From Ionaspis alba (taxonomy: Eukaryota), in NCBI GenBank assembly GCA_964255285.1, contig CAXUUL010000100.1, positions 1 through 32,642 on the forward strand: 32,642 bases of DNA, read 5' to 3'. The notes below the pieces were generated by a model, which did no database searches, was not told the DNA's origin, and saw only the letters and a list, made by a program, of their open reading frames with translations. Shown here one piece after another: positions 1 through 10,703 of the stretch; the first letter of the stretch is position 1, and every line of letters starts with the position of its first letter. The translations under genes were made by a program, and so were the position numbers.

Positions 1-786
1 CCCCCTACTCGCACTCCTCAACATGCCGCCAATCGCCCCCGGACTCAGCATCCCTCCCGCAGATCCCGAACTCAGCACGCTCCCGCCCGGACTTAAGGGT
101 GAGTTGGGATCGGTTGCGTACTCGGAGCCCATGCTCGGAAGCACGTTTTCGGAGGCGGAGAGGGAGACGAAAAGCGCGAAAGGGACGAGCCAGACGAGGA
201 GGCCGAAGTGCGAGGCTATTTCTGTAAAGGTGGGGAGGGGCGTGCTGGAAGGGGAGTAGGGATTTAGGCGGCGTGGTGGGTTGGAGAAGTGTAGGAACCA
301 GAGGTAGTGGTTTAGGAGGACGAGCACTATGATGCGCCGGCAGTCAGCATTGGCTCGGGGTTGAGGGGAAGGTCTGGTGGAATTAGGGAGGGCCCATACG
401 GCAGGAGACGATGAAGACTGGATCCGAGAGCTTGACGATGGGGAAGTAGCGCAGGTTTTGGAGGTAGATGCCATGGCTTGCGATGCTGAGGAGGCAGAGG
501 CCGAGCGGAAAGCGGTCGATTGTGAGGAGGAGGAGGTGCAGGAGGATGACGAAGTAGATGAGGCGGGTGAGGAATTTCTTCGCAAGGACGGTGTGCTCTT
601 CGACTAGCTCGCTGAGATAGTAGAGCCCCGATGCTGTTCGCGCTTGGATGTCAGCTGTCTGCTTTAGAAAAATGAAGGCGAGAGGGGGGGGCAGGCTGCA
701 GAAGAAGGTTGAGTACCGATTGAAAGGGTCAGGAAGCCGAAGCCCAGCAGGATACCTATGTAACCAACCAGAGGGAGTATCCACAT
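1..786 (-). CDS. SVP26: SVP26/TEX261-family ER-Golgi cargo adaptor (3' end runs off the window)
   Basis: ATG at 786. Exons 786-717, 633-400 and 326-<1, with GT..AG introns. Spliced product begins MWILPLVGYIGILLGFGFLTLSIASGLYYLSELVEEHTVLAKK and continues ...LNHYLWF...SFTEIASHFGLLVWLVPFALFVSLSASENVLPSMGSEY, matching the Svp26 family signature. Confidence 0.93.
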
Positions 787-1020
787 TGTAACGGAGAATG
801 AAATGACATGTTCACAGAAGAGAGGGAGGCATTTGTATTTTCTGTTGACTATTAGGGCCGGATGAGTATGTCCTTCCCTTGCGGAACCGTTCCTGCAAAG
901 TCCGAAGGCGGTGGCAGAAAAAGTTGTCCCCACCGTGGAATTCTAGCATCAACCTAAGCAGCTTCAAGCAGTCTTCAGAGACTTCGATCCTACAGTCAAT
1001 CAACTGTCTCACCCGTCAAG

Positions 1021-1913
1021 ATGTCACGCCCAGAGGACTCCCTGTTCGTTCACCCCTCCGCCTGGCACACTCCTCTGTTAACAGCTCTCCCAACCTCAGA
1101 CCCCCCGACCTCTACTACAACGACTCTGAATCCCGCAAATACACCACCTCCTCGCGCATCCAATCCATCCAATCGTCTATGACCCACCGTGCCCTCGAAC
1201 TCCTCGCCCTCACATCGCCCTCCCTAATCCTCGACATCGGCTGTGGCTCCGGCCTCTCGGGCGAGATCCTCTCCTCCCCAGACGGCGGCTCCCATGTCTG
1301 GGTCGGTATGGACATCGCGCCGTCGATGCTCGGCATAGCCCTTGACAGAGACGTCGATGGCGATTTACTGCTTGCGGATATAGGCCAGGGAGTTCCCTTC
1401 CGCGCGGGCACGTTCGACGCGGCGATTAGTATTAGTGCTATTCAGTGGCTTTGTAATGCCGATAGCAGTGATGTGAGTCCTACGGGAAGACTGTCGAGGT
1501 TTTTCAATGGGTTGTATGCGAGTCTAAGAAGGGGTGGGAGGGCGGTGTGTCAGTTTTATCCGAAAAATGAGATCCAGAGGACTATGATCAGTTCGGCGGC
1601 TGTGAAAGCGGGGTTTGGAGCCGGGATTCTGGAGGATGATCCGGGGACGAAGAATAGTAAGCTCTATTTGGTCTTGACGGTTGGCGGAGGAGATTTGACA
1701 GGAAATGGAGGAGATATTACAGGGGTGGTGAAGGGGATGGCGGGGGTCGATGTGATGGACAGTAGGAGGAAAAGAGGAAGAGAAAAGCAAGTGAAAGAGA
1801 GAAAGGGTGGGAAGGCGTGGATATTGAAGAAGAAGGAGCAGATGGAGAGAAAGGGGAAGGTGGTGAAGAATACGTCCAAGTATACGGGGAGACGGAGGGG
1901 GCCGACGTTTTGA
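1021..1913 (+). CDS. BUD23: 18S rRNA m7G methyltransferase Bud23/WBSCR22
   Basis: Exon 1 1021-1043, intron 1044-1099, exon 2 1100-1913, giving MSRPEDSLPPDLYYND. Contains SAM motif ILDIGCGSGLSG, FDAAISISAIQWLCNA, RAVCQFYP and the basic tail SKYTGRRR. Confidence 0.96.
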
Positions 1914-2111
1914 TATGGTTGTCATCTGCATACAGTGTTGCTCAGATTTAGCATGGTGTTCGGGCGGATCGGATTTCTAAAAAAGAGTTCTGATTTCCAA
2001 CGATTTCTCATGCATGATAAGTAATAGAATACAGTAATGCTATAAACAATCACAATACCTCGCGATCTTTGGACAGGGTATTCTTGACACATGTACATAA
2101 CCGTCCCGCAA

Positions 2112-3572
2112 CTACGACGTCTCCATGCGGTCCAAAACTGCTCTCGTAAACTCATGGGTTGTGGCATTGCCGCCCATGTCTCGAGTCCTTGACTTGCTAC
2201 ACGAGGCGTCAGTGGATTTTGTACGATTAGTAGGGTCAAGCTTCTTACCCGTCACCAATCACGTCGTACACTGCCTTAGAGATGCGGTTGGCATGCTCGT
2301 CGAGGCCGAGATGCCGTAGTAGCATAGAACCAGAGAGAATCATGGCTGTCGGATTTGCTTGATCTTTGCCCTTGATATCGAGACCAACGTGACGGCAACC
2401 AGGCTCGAAGACTGCGATGTCTCGTCCGATATTGCAGCCAGGCACAATACCTGGACCTCCAACGAGTGCCGCTCCAACATTGGAGAGGATGCCTCCGTAT
2501 AGGTTAGGCATCACCATGACATCGAATTGCTGGGGTCTTGACACTGCCTGCATAGAGGCGTTGTCGACAATCATGTCGTTTGTCTCAAGGGTGGGGTATT
2601 CTTTCGCAACCTCGTTGAAGGTGTTCCTGAAAAGACCATCGGCAAGTTTCATGATGTTGGCCTTATGAATACATGTGACCTTCTTCCTATTGTTTGCAAG
2701 GGCGAAGCTGAATGCAAATTTCGCGATACGTTCAGACTTTGCTCTTGTGATGATCTTGAGTGATTCCACGACCCCTTTCACAGACTGATGCTCGAGACCA
2801 GAGTATTCTCCCTCAGTATTTTCACGAATGATACAAAGGTCGACATTGTCATGGCGAGTTTTATAGCCGGGGATGTTCTTAATGAGGACGATCGAAGCAT
2901 AGATGTCAAGCTCTTGCCGTAGCGCCACGTTGAAGGATTGGTGACCGGACCGATCTACTGGCGTGTGTAGAATACCTGGCAACGACGTGAGTATTGCCAT
3001 TGTCGACTCGTACAAGGTACAGACCTTTAAGACCAATCTTGTTTCGCTTTAAGGAGGCAATTGATTCTCGGAAGAGTTCTTCTGAGTGTTTGTCCCCGGT
3101 ATCGACTCCTGTCACATCGACTTGCTCCCACTCCACTGGTACGTTGTCTGCCTTGAATATCGTCTTGACAGATCCGGCAACCTCAGCACCAATGCCGTCG
3201 CCTATTTGAATCTGTAAGCAGGAGCTCGATGGGATTGGTCGTCATGGGTAAAACTGTCGTACCAGGAATGAGGGTGACTGTGTATTTGCCGCCAAACTTG
3301 GTGGGCTTAAAGATATCTGATTGCAGAGTGGCCATTGCTGCGCACATACATTAGCTTCACTACCCAGACTACAAGAGTAGAGAGATATCATACCCCTCGT
3401 GGATTGGGCGGTGCGCAGGCATGATGCTGAAGATCCAACACCCCGCGATACGGCCTGAGGATAAATGTACATCAGCCACAGGTCCTCTGTTTTTGTTCTG
3501 GTCGTGGTACTTATAAGCACGGCTTCGGATATTCCTTACCTGCCCCGCTCTGAGAGATTGTCTGGACAACAT
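2112..3572 (-). CDS. IDH1: NAD-dependent isocitrate dehydrogenase subunit 1, mitochondrial
   Basis: Six exons, with presequence-like start MLSRQSLRAGQ. Contains GGKYTVTLIPGDGIG, SFNVALRQELDIYA, IIRENTEGEYSGLEH and FEPGCRHVGLDIKGKDQANPTA. Ends TRDMGGNATTHEFTRAVLDRMETS*. Confidence 0.96.
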
Positions 3573-4874
3573 GGTGGAAGAGGTATACAAGATCTCGAGG
3601 TTGGAGGTGGGTTCGTCTTGAAAAAGCAAGCTATCAGATCGTCTGGCTCTGGGGGCCAAGACCGAGTCGCGCTAGTGTTGTGCAGTCGAGCTAGCTGCAT
3701 CCGTGTTGTGTTTGGTCTATTTCAAGACTCGACAACAGTCTCGATACTGCACATCGACGTGTTGAAATCTGGTGAGGCGTCAGACACGTCTCTGTTGCCC
3801 GATTTGACTGCACTGACAGCCGACGATCACAAGAACAGCATTTTCTCCTTCATATATAAATGTTCATTCCTGCAATTGATGTCTTCCTTATGCCTGTGCT
3901 TTCGGGGAAGCTCATGAGTTGTCCCTCACTATGTCAAGGTCCTTATTCGTCACTTAATGTTGAGTTATATGTGTGCATAAAGCACAACTGTTCGTTGTAT
4001 CATCCAATAGTGTCAGAACAGTCTCTGCTATTTTGCATATGATGTGCTTGTGACGGTGTATGGCGTACTTGGCGGTGTATCGCGTCTTATACGGTGATTC
4101 GAGTACTTGATACTACAGTCGGATGGCAAAGAGTTGCTTTCATAGAACATCCCTCGATCTCGTCGGACTTTACAAACTGCACTGTTCTACATTGTACACA
4201 AACACAGCCAAGCAAAATACGTCTTGCGGGAACGCACTTTTACATTTTGCACTGATGAAAGGAGCTTGGAATTTTTAGGTCAAATGCTTTGTTAGAGCTC
4301 AACCGCCATGACCTCGCTCAGCTCAATTGGTACGAGTTCACTGCAGCATCCCGACCTGTCACGACCTGTCACGGCTAGTCTCGCGTTCCAGAGTTGTCCA
4401 GACTGCTCTGTACACCACAATTCTAAGTACTGTCTTGAGAGCTTTCTCTGTGGGTAGCAGAGGATGAAGTAGTGTTTTGTTCGTTCTACGGACACTTGAC
4501 CTACTCATGCATTCCAAGTGAACCTAATGTCTTGCAAACTCGGAGCCCTTCTTGCAGACATTAGACGGAGTCGGCTGATCGATCTACGCAACAGCAAAGT
4601 CGGTCAGTCTACAATGGAGAAGATTGATTGTTGTACTATGACTACGACGAGTTGGTTACATGAAGTGTGCGAGACCACCTAGTGGCTGATTCGGTGGTAC
4701 GCGACGACAGAGTTGGCGAGCACCGCACGGCCAGTCGAGACCCTCTAGATCGCGCCAGACTAGTACAGTGTTTCATTGTCTCGAGTATACTCCTCACCGT
4801 GGAAAAAAAGAAGCTCGTTATTGTTGTGGTGGGAAATCGTGATTTCAGTCCAAATCGGGTTAGCTCCATTTCCG

Positions 4875-5430
4875 TTATTGATACCCCTTTTCGGAATGCC
4901 TCACCAGCGTCGAGGATCCTCAATAAGCCCAATGCGGAATATAGAACATCGACCTTTATCATCGTGCTATGCTAGCTCATCTATACGGAGTGGAACATAA
5001 AGAGCATTGCTCTAGCAGACTTTAGTGGCGGTCATCCCTCTCTTCTGGGCTTATCCTCTGGCAGTGGGCTGGTGGTTCAAGGGACGAGGTGGCTCAATCT
5101 ACACGGTGATGGGGTCATGAGGGTGTCAAACCTTCTGGCCCTGAAGGTGAGGATCAAACATTGGTCGAGTATGAAAGTTTGTCGACGCAGCAGGCCAAAC
5201 TTAGGGTTCTGATAGAATCAACCTTCTTCACCTACGTCTCTATCTCCCATGATCTCGAATCACTCTCTCTGCTTATCAGAGTTGACAGGCAAGAGGTTTT
5301 GTTCGTCTGCTGTTCTTGATGCTTAAGCCTTTATTGACAAATTTATGATCTACATTCTCCCTTATTGACTTCAGATGGATCACAGCCTCGACTCTACCAC
5401 ATCTTTTGAGGACAGCCTCCTTTATTGACA
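4875..5430. promoter_or_regulatory. Cluster of five TTATTGA boxes upstream of the pheromone precursor (putative MAT1-1-1 alpha-box sites)
   Basis: TTATTGA at 4875-4881 (+), 4920-4926 (-, context CTTATTGAG), 5331-5337, 5362-5368 and 5422-5428. CCTTTATTGACA is repeated exactly at 5328-5339 and 5419-5430. TATA-like TATTTAAA at 5493-5500. Confidence 0.65.
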
Positions 5431-5646
5431 TCTCATTCACCATCACTACTCCGTCGCTGATAGATCGCCGTCCTCACGGTCCTGGATCTTCATATTTAAA
5501 CGACCCTCCTTCCCTCCTCCATCAACCACCAACTTCGTTGTTCACTCAATCCGATCGTCTGCTCCCGCTGCCTCCTCCAAGACAGCAGTCACTCACTCAG
5601 ACATCTTCACGATCAGTCTACATTCTTCTTCAAAATTTCTTACAAC

Positions 5647-6251
5647 ATGAAGGTTACTACCATCCTCTTTACCGCTCTCGTGGCCGTCGCTTCCGTGGAG
5701 GCAGCCGCCTCCCCTTCCCCCGATCCAGAGGCGGTTCATCGCTGGTGCTACCGCCGTGGGCAGCCCTGTTCCAAGCTCAAGCGCGCAGCTGAGGCTATCG
5801 CTGAGGCAAACGCACAGCCCGAGGCCAACGCAGAGGCCGATCCTGTCAATCGTTGGTGCTACCGTCGCGGCCAGGCCTGCTCCAAGGCCAAGCGTGATGC
5901 TCTCGCACTCGCTGAGGCTGTAGCCGACGCCGAAGCCGCCGCGATGCCCGAGCCCGAGGCAGGTGAGTAACTCAAAACCCTAAATCTCCTCGTCTTTCAT
6001 AACGAAGTGAGCGGCTCGCTAACTTATTTCCTCTTGCAGAGGCAGTCCACCGTTGGTGCTACCGCCCTGGTCAAGCCTGCTCCAAGGTCAAGCGTACCGC
6101 TGAAGCTATCGCTGATGCCCTCGCCGAACCAGCTGCGGCCCCAGAGCCTGATGCTGAAGCTGTTCACCGCTGGTGTTGGCGCCCCGGCCAAGCGTGCTCC
6201 AAGCACAAGCGGGCGCTTGACGAACTCACCGAGGCCGTCAAGAAGATCTAA
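5647..6251 (+). CDS. ppgA: Alpha-factor-like mating pheromone precursor (ppgA/ccg-4/ppg1 class), 175 aa, four repeats
   Basis: Exons 5647-5962 and 6040-6251; intron GTGAGT..GCTAAC..CAG. Signal peptide MKVTTILFTALVAVASVEA, then four WCxRxGQxC repeats. Each repeat is followed by SKxKR (Kex2 site) and preceded by X-A/X-P dipeptide runs (Ste13-type). Confidence 0.93.
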
Positions 6252-7715
6252 GCCTTTTCTTACGGAGCCGTCTTGAAGTTCTCGACACTACTTATTCCTC
6301 AGCTCCGCCGCAAGTGAGGAAAAAGTTCCGACAATTCCAATGTCGAGCACTACAGACTTTACCAATACAACTTTTCTTTCCTAGGCGTTTCTACGGTGTT
6401 ATGTCATGTTTGTACTTAGTGCGTCCCTGCATTCCCTCCACGCATCCTCATCAATTGCGCTACCGATACGAGTCCCGCGCTCGAGAGTCTCTTGCACTAC
6501 TCCAGCTTATCTGTCGAGTTCCCATGCCGGTATCCGTTACACGGTCTGTTTAGTGACATTACGCAGGGAGTCACAGTCCGGAGCAAGTACGGAAACCACT
6601 ACTTGTTTGGGGTCTAGGTTGAGTGCTTTGGAAATGTAGGGAATGTTCTTTGTGGACTTTGTATTTGGCTTTTGGGGTGTTCGAAGCCGGCCCATGTATG
6701 CTGCTCACTTTTCCGATTTGAGATGCTCCTCGGGGTGTCTTGTGCGGGAAGGAAGTGGCTCGTATGATGGCATGGCTACCTGTTTATTCTCTCATTTCTT
6801 CAGTGGAATTATTATTGGGTTTGGTTCTTGGGTGGCCTGGAAATAGTGCGGCTTTGTGGCCAGACTAATACATGATCTTCGGGCTTACTTCATCTCTACA
6901 CTACATTCTGTGCAAAAGGGGCCTGTACAAGACCCAGATTTTTTCATCTGATGATCGGAATGATAGCACGACGGTTTGAAACCCGGGTTTAAAGGTCAAG
7001 AGCTCATTATAATACCTTCGTAGGCACCGTAAATTTCTCATGCACAGTTTCCCATTCGATACCTTGATCATGATGGGAGCATTATAGACCAAATGACAGT
7101 AATTGATGTGTGGCCATTAAACTCTATCTGATTCCATAGTCCCTGCAAATATCGATCACGATTAATGTCGAGCAGCAATATCTGCCACTGAGGCAACAAC
7201 TGGAACAGCGGTACATGATGTGGAAAGAGACAATGCATAGATAACGCGGGATTCTTCATTGAAGGCAAGCGATGGCTCATACGTGATGGTTGCGATACTA
7301 TGAGTTCGTAATTATGGGGAATAACTTAGTGTTTGGATGACAGCCAACTCATCCAACGCTGGGGAAGGGAGCGTGAGGGACATGGTGAGACAAGTCTTCC
7401 TCGTGTTGGTGGGCATAGTCATGTCTTTGCAAGAGGATAAGGGAAGGAAGACGGAAAGGCCAACTAGGAGTTAACGAAAGATATGAGACAGTAGGGGAGC
7501 AATTAAGAGGCTACTGTAAGTGTCAAGACATGGGAAACACGAACCTTGTCCTCAAAGTCATCTCTTCGGTGATATTCCCCCAATAGTTTTTCTCGTACTT
7601 TCGGACAAATTAGTGTAGCGCATAGTCCCAATGAATCAGCAGACTTGACTTGGGCTGGAGGGAAATAACGAAGTCTGTACCGGGTGTCTAGCTAATACGA
7701 ACCCTCAATCTGTAT

Positions 7716-8744
7716 CTAAAGCATCTCCTCGTCCTCGTGTCTGTCCAAATTGATCGTCGTATGGATCGGAGTCCCGAATTGGTTGATCTGGTCGAACATA
7801 CCATATTGATGCTCCATAGGTTGCTGTCCTTCATCAACATTCCACCACCCTTTACCTCGAAAGACTGGATCTAAAGCTCGATTGTAGGTGCCCACAGATG
7901 ACCCCAGTGGTTGATAAGTCTCCTTCGCGCCATTCTCGGGCTGTTGCTGCTGGTCGTACTCTCTCTGAGCAAGAAGCTCGTAGCCAGAATCAATGTAAGG
8001 TTCCACCATCCCGTGATCGCCTCGGCGATTGCATCCCTCGTTATTGAGGCTCCTGTTCTCAAGACTCATCTGATCGGTATTGGTACGAGCTTCCTCCCGA
8101 GCGGTTCTTCGTGCAAATCTAAGTCGAGCCATCTCTTCCTCTTGTTCCAACGTGGTTTGTTGCCATGCTCCTAGCTCGTCTGCCAGCTCTTGTGCTCCAT
8201 AACTTGTGTATTCTGGCGGTGATATCCGCCAAAGCTCTACCAACCTTGACTTTTGTTCTGGAAGTGCCTGTTCGAAAAGAGTAAGTTGGGAAGGAAGCAG
8301 ATACGAAGGATTAACTTCGTGCTGAAGGAGAAGCCGCTTAGCCTCTTTCGACGTTGAAGTTTCCGTTGTGGATGTTTGGTCGTGGGATGCAGTGCTCGGA
8401 GGGTCTGGTAGTGCGATGTGTGCGGAGTGGTGATAGTGCTGGCTGATGCTGTAGGTTGGTGGAGGGATTTGTCTGTCTTCCTGCAATTGTTGGTGATCTC
8501 GACCGCCGGAAAAGTTCATGTTCTGGGCGAACATCGTTGCTAGTTCATCTTGCAGCTTGAAACTGCCTTCTTGGACGGTAAGACCACACTATATGATCTC
8601 TGTCAGCCTAGAGTCAAGTCGGAAACAGCACAGACATACAGCTGCGCAAGCATGGATACTAGGAAAATCGTGCAGTTTGTTTTGAGAGAGGCTGGTACTT
8701 CCACAATTCTGACATTGGAAAGCACGGCCTCCGACAGAAGACAT
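7716..8744 (-). CDS. Hypothetical fungal protein, about 325 aa, with N-terminal CxxC-x18-CxxC motif
   Basis: Exon 1 8744-8640 (MSSVGGRAFQCQNCG...HACAA), 51-nt intron 8639-8589 (GTATGT..GCTGAC..TAG), exon 2 8588-7716 in frame with the 272-aa ORF. Conserved-looking blocks SQLTLFEQA...RLVELWRISPP, EPYIDSGYE and YNRALDPVF. Confidence 0.75.
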
Positions 8745-9142
8745 GGCAGATTCCGCTTTGCTGCAATAGAGATGCGTGTGTTAGAGGGACCCGAAGATAG
8801 GACACAGAAAAGGATATCGGACGATATTCAGTGAAGGGTGAAGCCTTTTGATTTGCTATTCCTGCCTATTCTATATACTTGGAGCCTATTGCTCGATGCT
8901 AATGGATGGAGGTCCCTGGGAGCTGGTAAGCCGGATATGAAGCTTAGAAGGGATAGTTGAACGTTGCCAGTCGAGCAAGACTTTGGATCGGAGATGTGTA
9001 GAGAAGTAGTAGTGGTAAACGTGTATTGATAAAGGGGGAAAAGGTGTTATTGATACTGATGAGTGAAGACCAATAATGACGTGGCACGTGCATCGAGTAC
9101 TAGCCACACAATCGAAAAGTGGTGTTCCCATAATTGCGCAGC

Positions 9143-9242
9143 NNNNNNNNNNNNNNNNNNNNNNNNNNNNNNNNNNNNNNNNNNNNNNNNNNNNNNNNNN
9201 NNNNNNNNNNNNNNNNNNNNNNNNNNNNNNNNNNNNNNNNNN
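9143..9242. other. Assembly gap (100 N) with duplicated 55-bp flanks
   Basis: 9088-9142 is identical to 9243-9297. Confidence 0.95.
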
Positions 9243-9486
9243 GTGCATCGAGTACTAGCCACACAATCGAAAAGTGGTGTTCCCATAATTGCGCAGCAGG
9301 GTGGATATTTACGGCTGGTGTGCTCCCCAATACATCCACCTAGGATCTCCGCCTTTTAGGGGTCTCAAAACGGTGAGCCAGCTATTTTTTTTGGCACCCG
9401 CGTTTGCAACGTCTCGAACATTAGAGACTAAAGTCGAAACGGTCTAGCGGCTTGATATTTACGCGCATCGTTGCCGTGCCTGAACT

Positions 9487-9492
9487 GGAGCT
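9487..9492 (+). promoter_or_regulatory. GGAGCT element upstream of the proteasome gene (possible Rpn4-type site of filamentous ascomycetes)
   Basis: GGAGCT lies about 85 bp upstream of the PRE10 ATG. I recall this motif as enriched at euascomycete proteasome genes, but a 6-mer can easily occur by chance. Confidence 0.35.
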
Positions 9493-9575
9493 CTAAGCAT
9501 TAGAACCACAAGCTCACAGCTCAAGTTCTCTATCGGAGCAATCACTTCTACCCCTCCTCTCAGCTAATTATCGTC

Positions 9576-10703
9576 ATGGTTTGGAATCTCCGCGCTTATT
9601 TTATGATACAGTCAAGCTAACATTCTGCTCTTGTACTAGACATCCATAGGCACAGGCTACGATCTTTCAAATTCGGTCTTCTCCCCAGACGGCAGGAACT
9701 TCCAGGTTAGCTGCTAGCTATTGGACAGAATATTCTATATTGATATTTTCGTGCTAATCTATGGTCCGAATAGGTCGAGTACGCTGTCAAAGCAGTCGAG
9801 AATGGCGGCACCGCGATAGGAATAAGATGTAAGGACGGCGTAGTTCTAGCTTTCGAGAAAATTATAAGTAGCAAGCTTCTGAAGCCCGGAGCAAACAAGC
9901 GGATAGCAACGGTAGACAGAAATATTGGCGTGGTACGAGAGCTTGCTGATCTATTCTCTTGTGAAGTCTCCTGCTGACCCTAGCTTTTTTCCAGGTCTCT
10001 TCAGGCCTTATACCCGACGGACGACACTTCGTTTCTCGAGCTCGAGATGAGGCAGCATCTTGGCGATCAACTTACAAAGGTCCGATTCCTATTGCCGCCC
10101 TCGCCAGCCGGTTAGGTGGCTACGTCCAGGCATATACACTCTACTCCAGCGTTCGCCCCTTTGGTGTCACAGCAATTGTCGGTGGATGGGATTCCGAAGC
10201 TGAGCTTCCAGTTGATGGGCAAGTGGGAAGTGGACCCAAGGTCGGATCGGGAGGGAAAGTCCAAGGTGCAAAAGCTGGAGGACCGGGCCTATACATGATT
10301 GAGCCAAGTGGATCATATTGGGTACATATGTTATGAGTGGCTGGCACTCATCAGTTGGCTAACAGCATATTAGGGATACTATGGTGCTGCCACTGGCAAA
10401 GGAAGGCAAACAGCAAAAGGCGAGCTCGAAAAGCTTGACCTTGCATCTGGCAACCTCACACTAGAAGAAGGGGTGAAAGAAGCAGCCCGCATCATTTACG
10501 TGGCACATGAAGACAGCAAGGACAAGGAGTTCGAGTTAGAGATGACCTGGATCAGCAACCTGGAAGGTCCAACCAAAGGGCGGCACGAGGAAGTCCCAAA
10601 GCACATACTAGAAGAGGCAGAGAAAGCGGCGAAGAAAGCGCTGGAAGGTGAGGATGACGAGGAAGAGAAGCCGGCGGAGGAAGGCGAGAAAATGGAAGAA
10701 TAG
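9576..10703 (+). CDS. PRE10: 20S proteasome core subunit alpha-7
   Basis: Exons 9576-9578 (ATG only), 9640-9705, 9774-9932, 9995-10321 and 10374-10703. Product [34 protein letters not shown]...[11 protein letters not shown]...[17 protein letters not shown]. Confidence 0.97.

Noticed and set aside
4642..5000. Overlapping ~100-aa ORFs on both strands upstream of the pheromone gene
   Set aside because: No recognisable domain, and they overlap promoter motifs. Probably spurious.
5201..5208. TTAGGGTT telomere-like word (also near 16276), considered as a telomerase RNA template
   Set aside because: Only a partial match to the UAACCCUAA template, with no other telomerase RNA elements recognised.
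6979..6990. Perfect palindrome AAACCCGGGTTT
   Set aside because: A single 12-bp palindrome is expected by chance in 32 kb and has no supporting context.
9088..9297. 55-bp direct repeat flanking the N gap
   Set aside because: The identical 55-bp overlap across a 100-N gap recurs at the 11711 gap. This is typical of a k-mer overlap scaffolding artefact, not a TSD or LTR.
9576..9578. ATG-only first exon of PRE10 and 5-nt first coding exon of GFA1
   Set aside because: Real, but common in filamentous ascomycetes.
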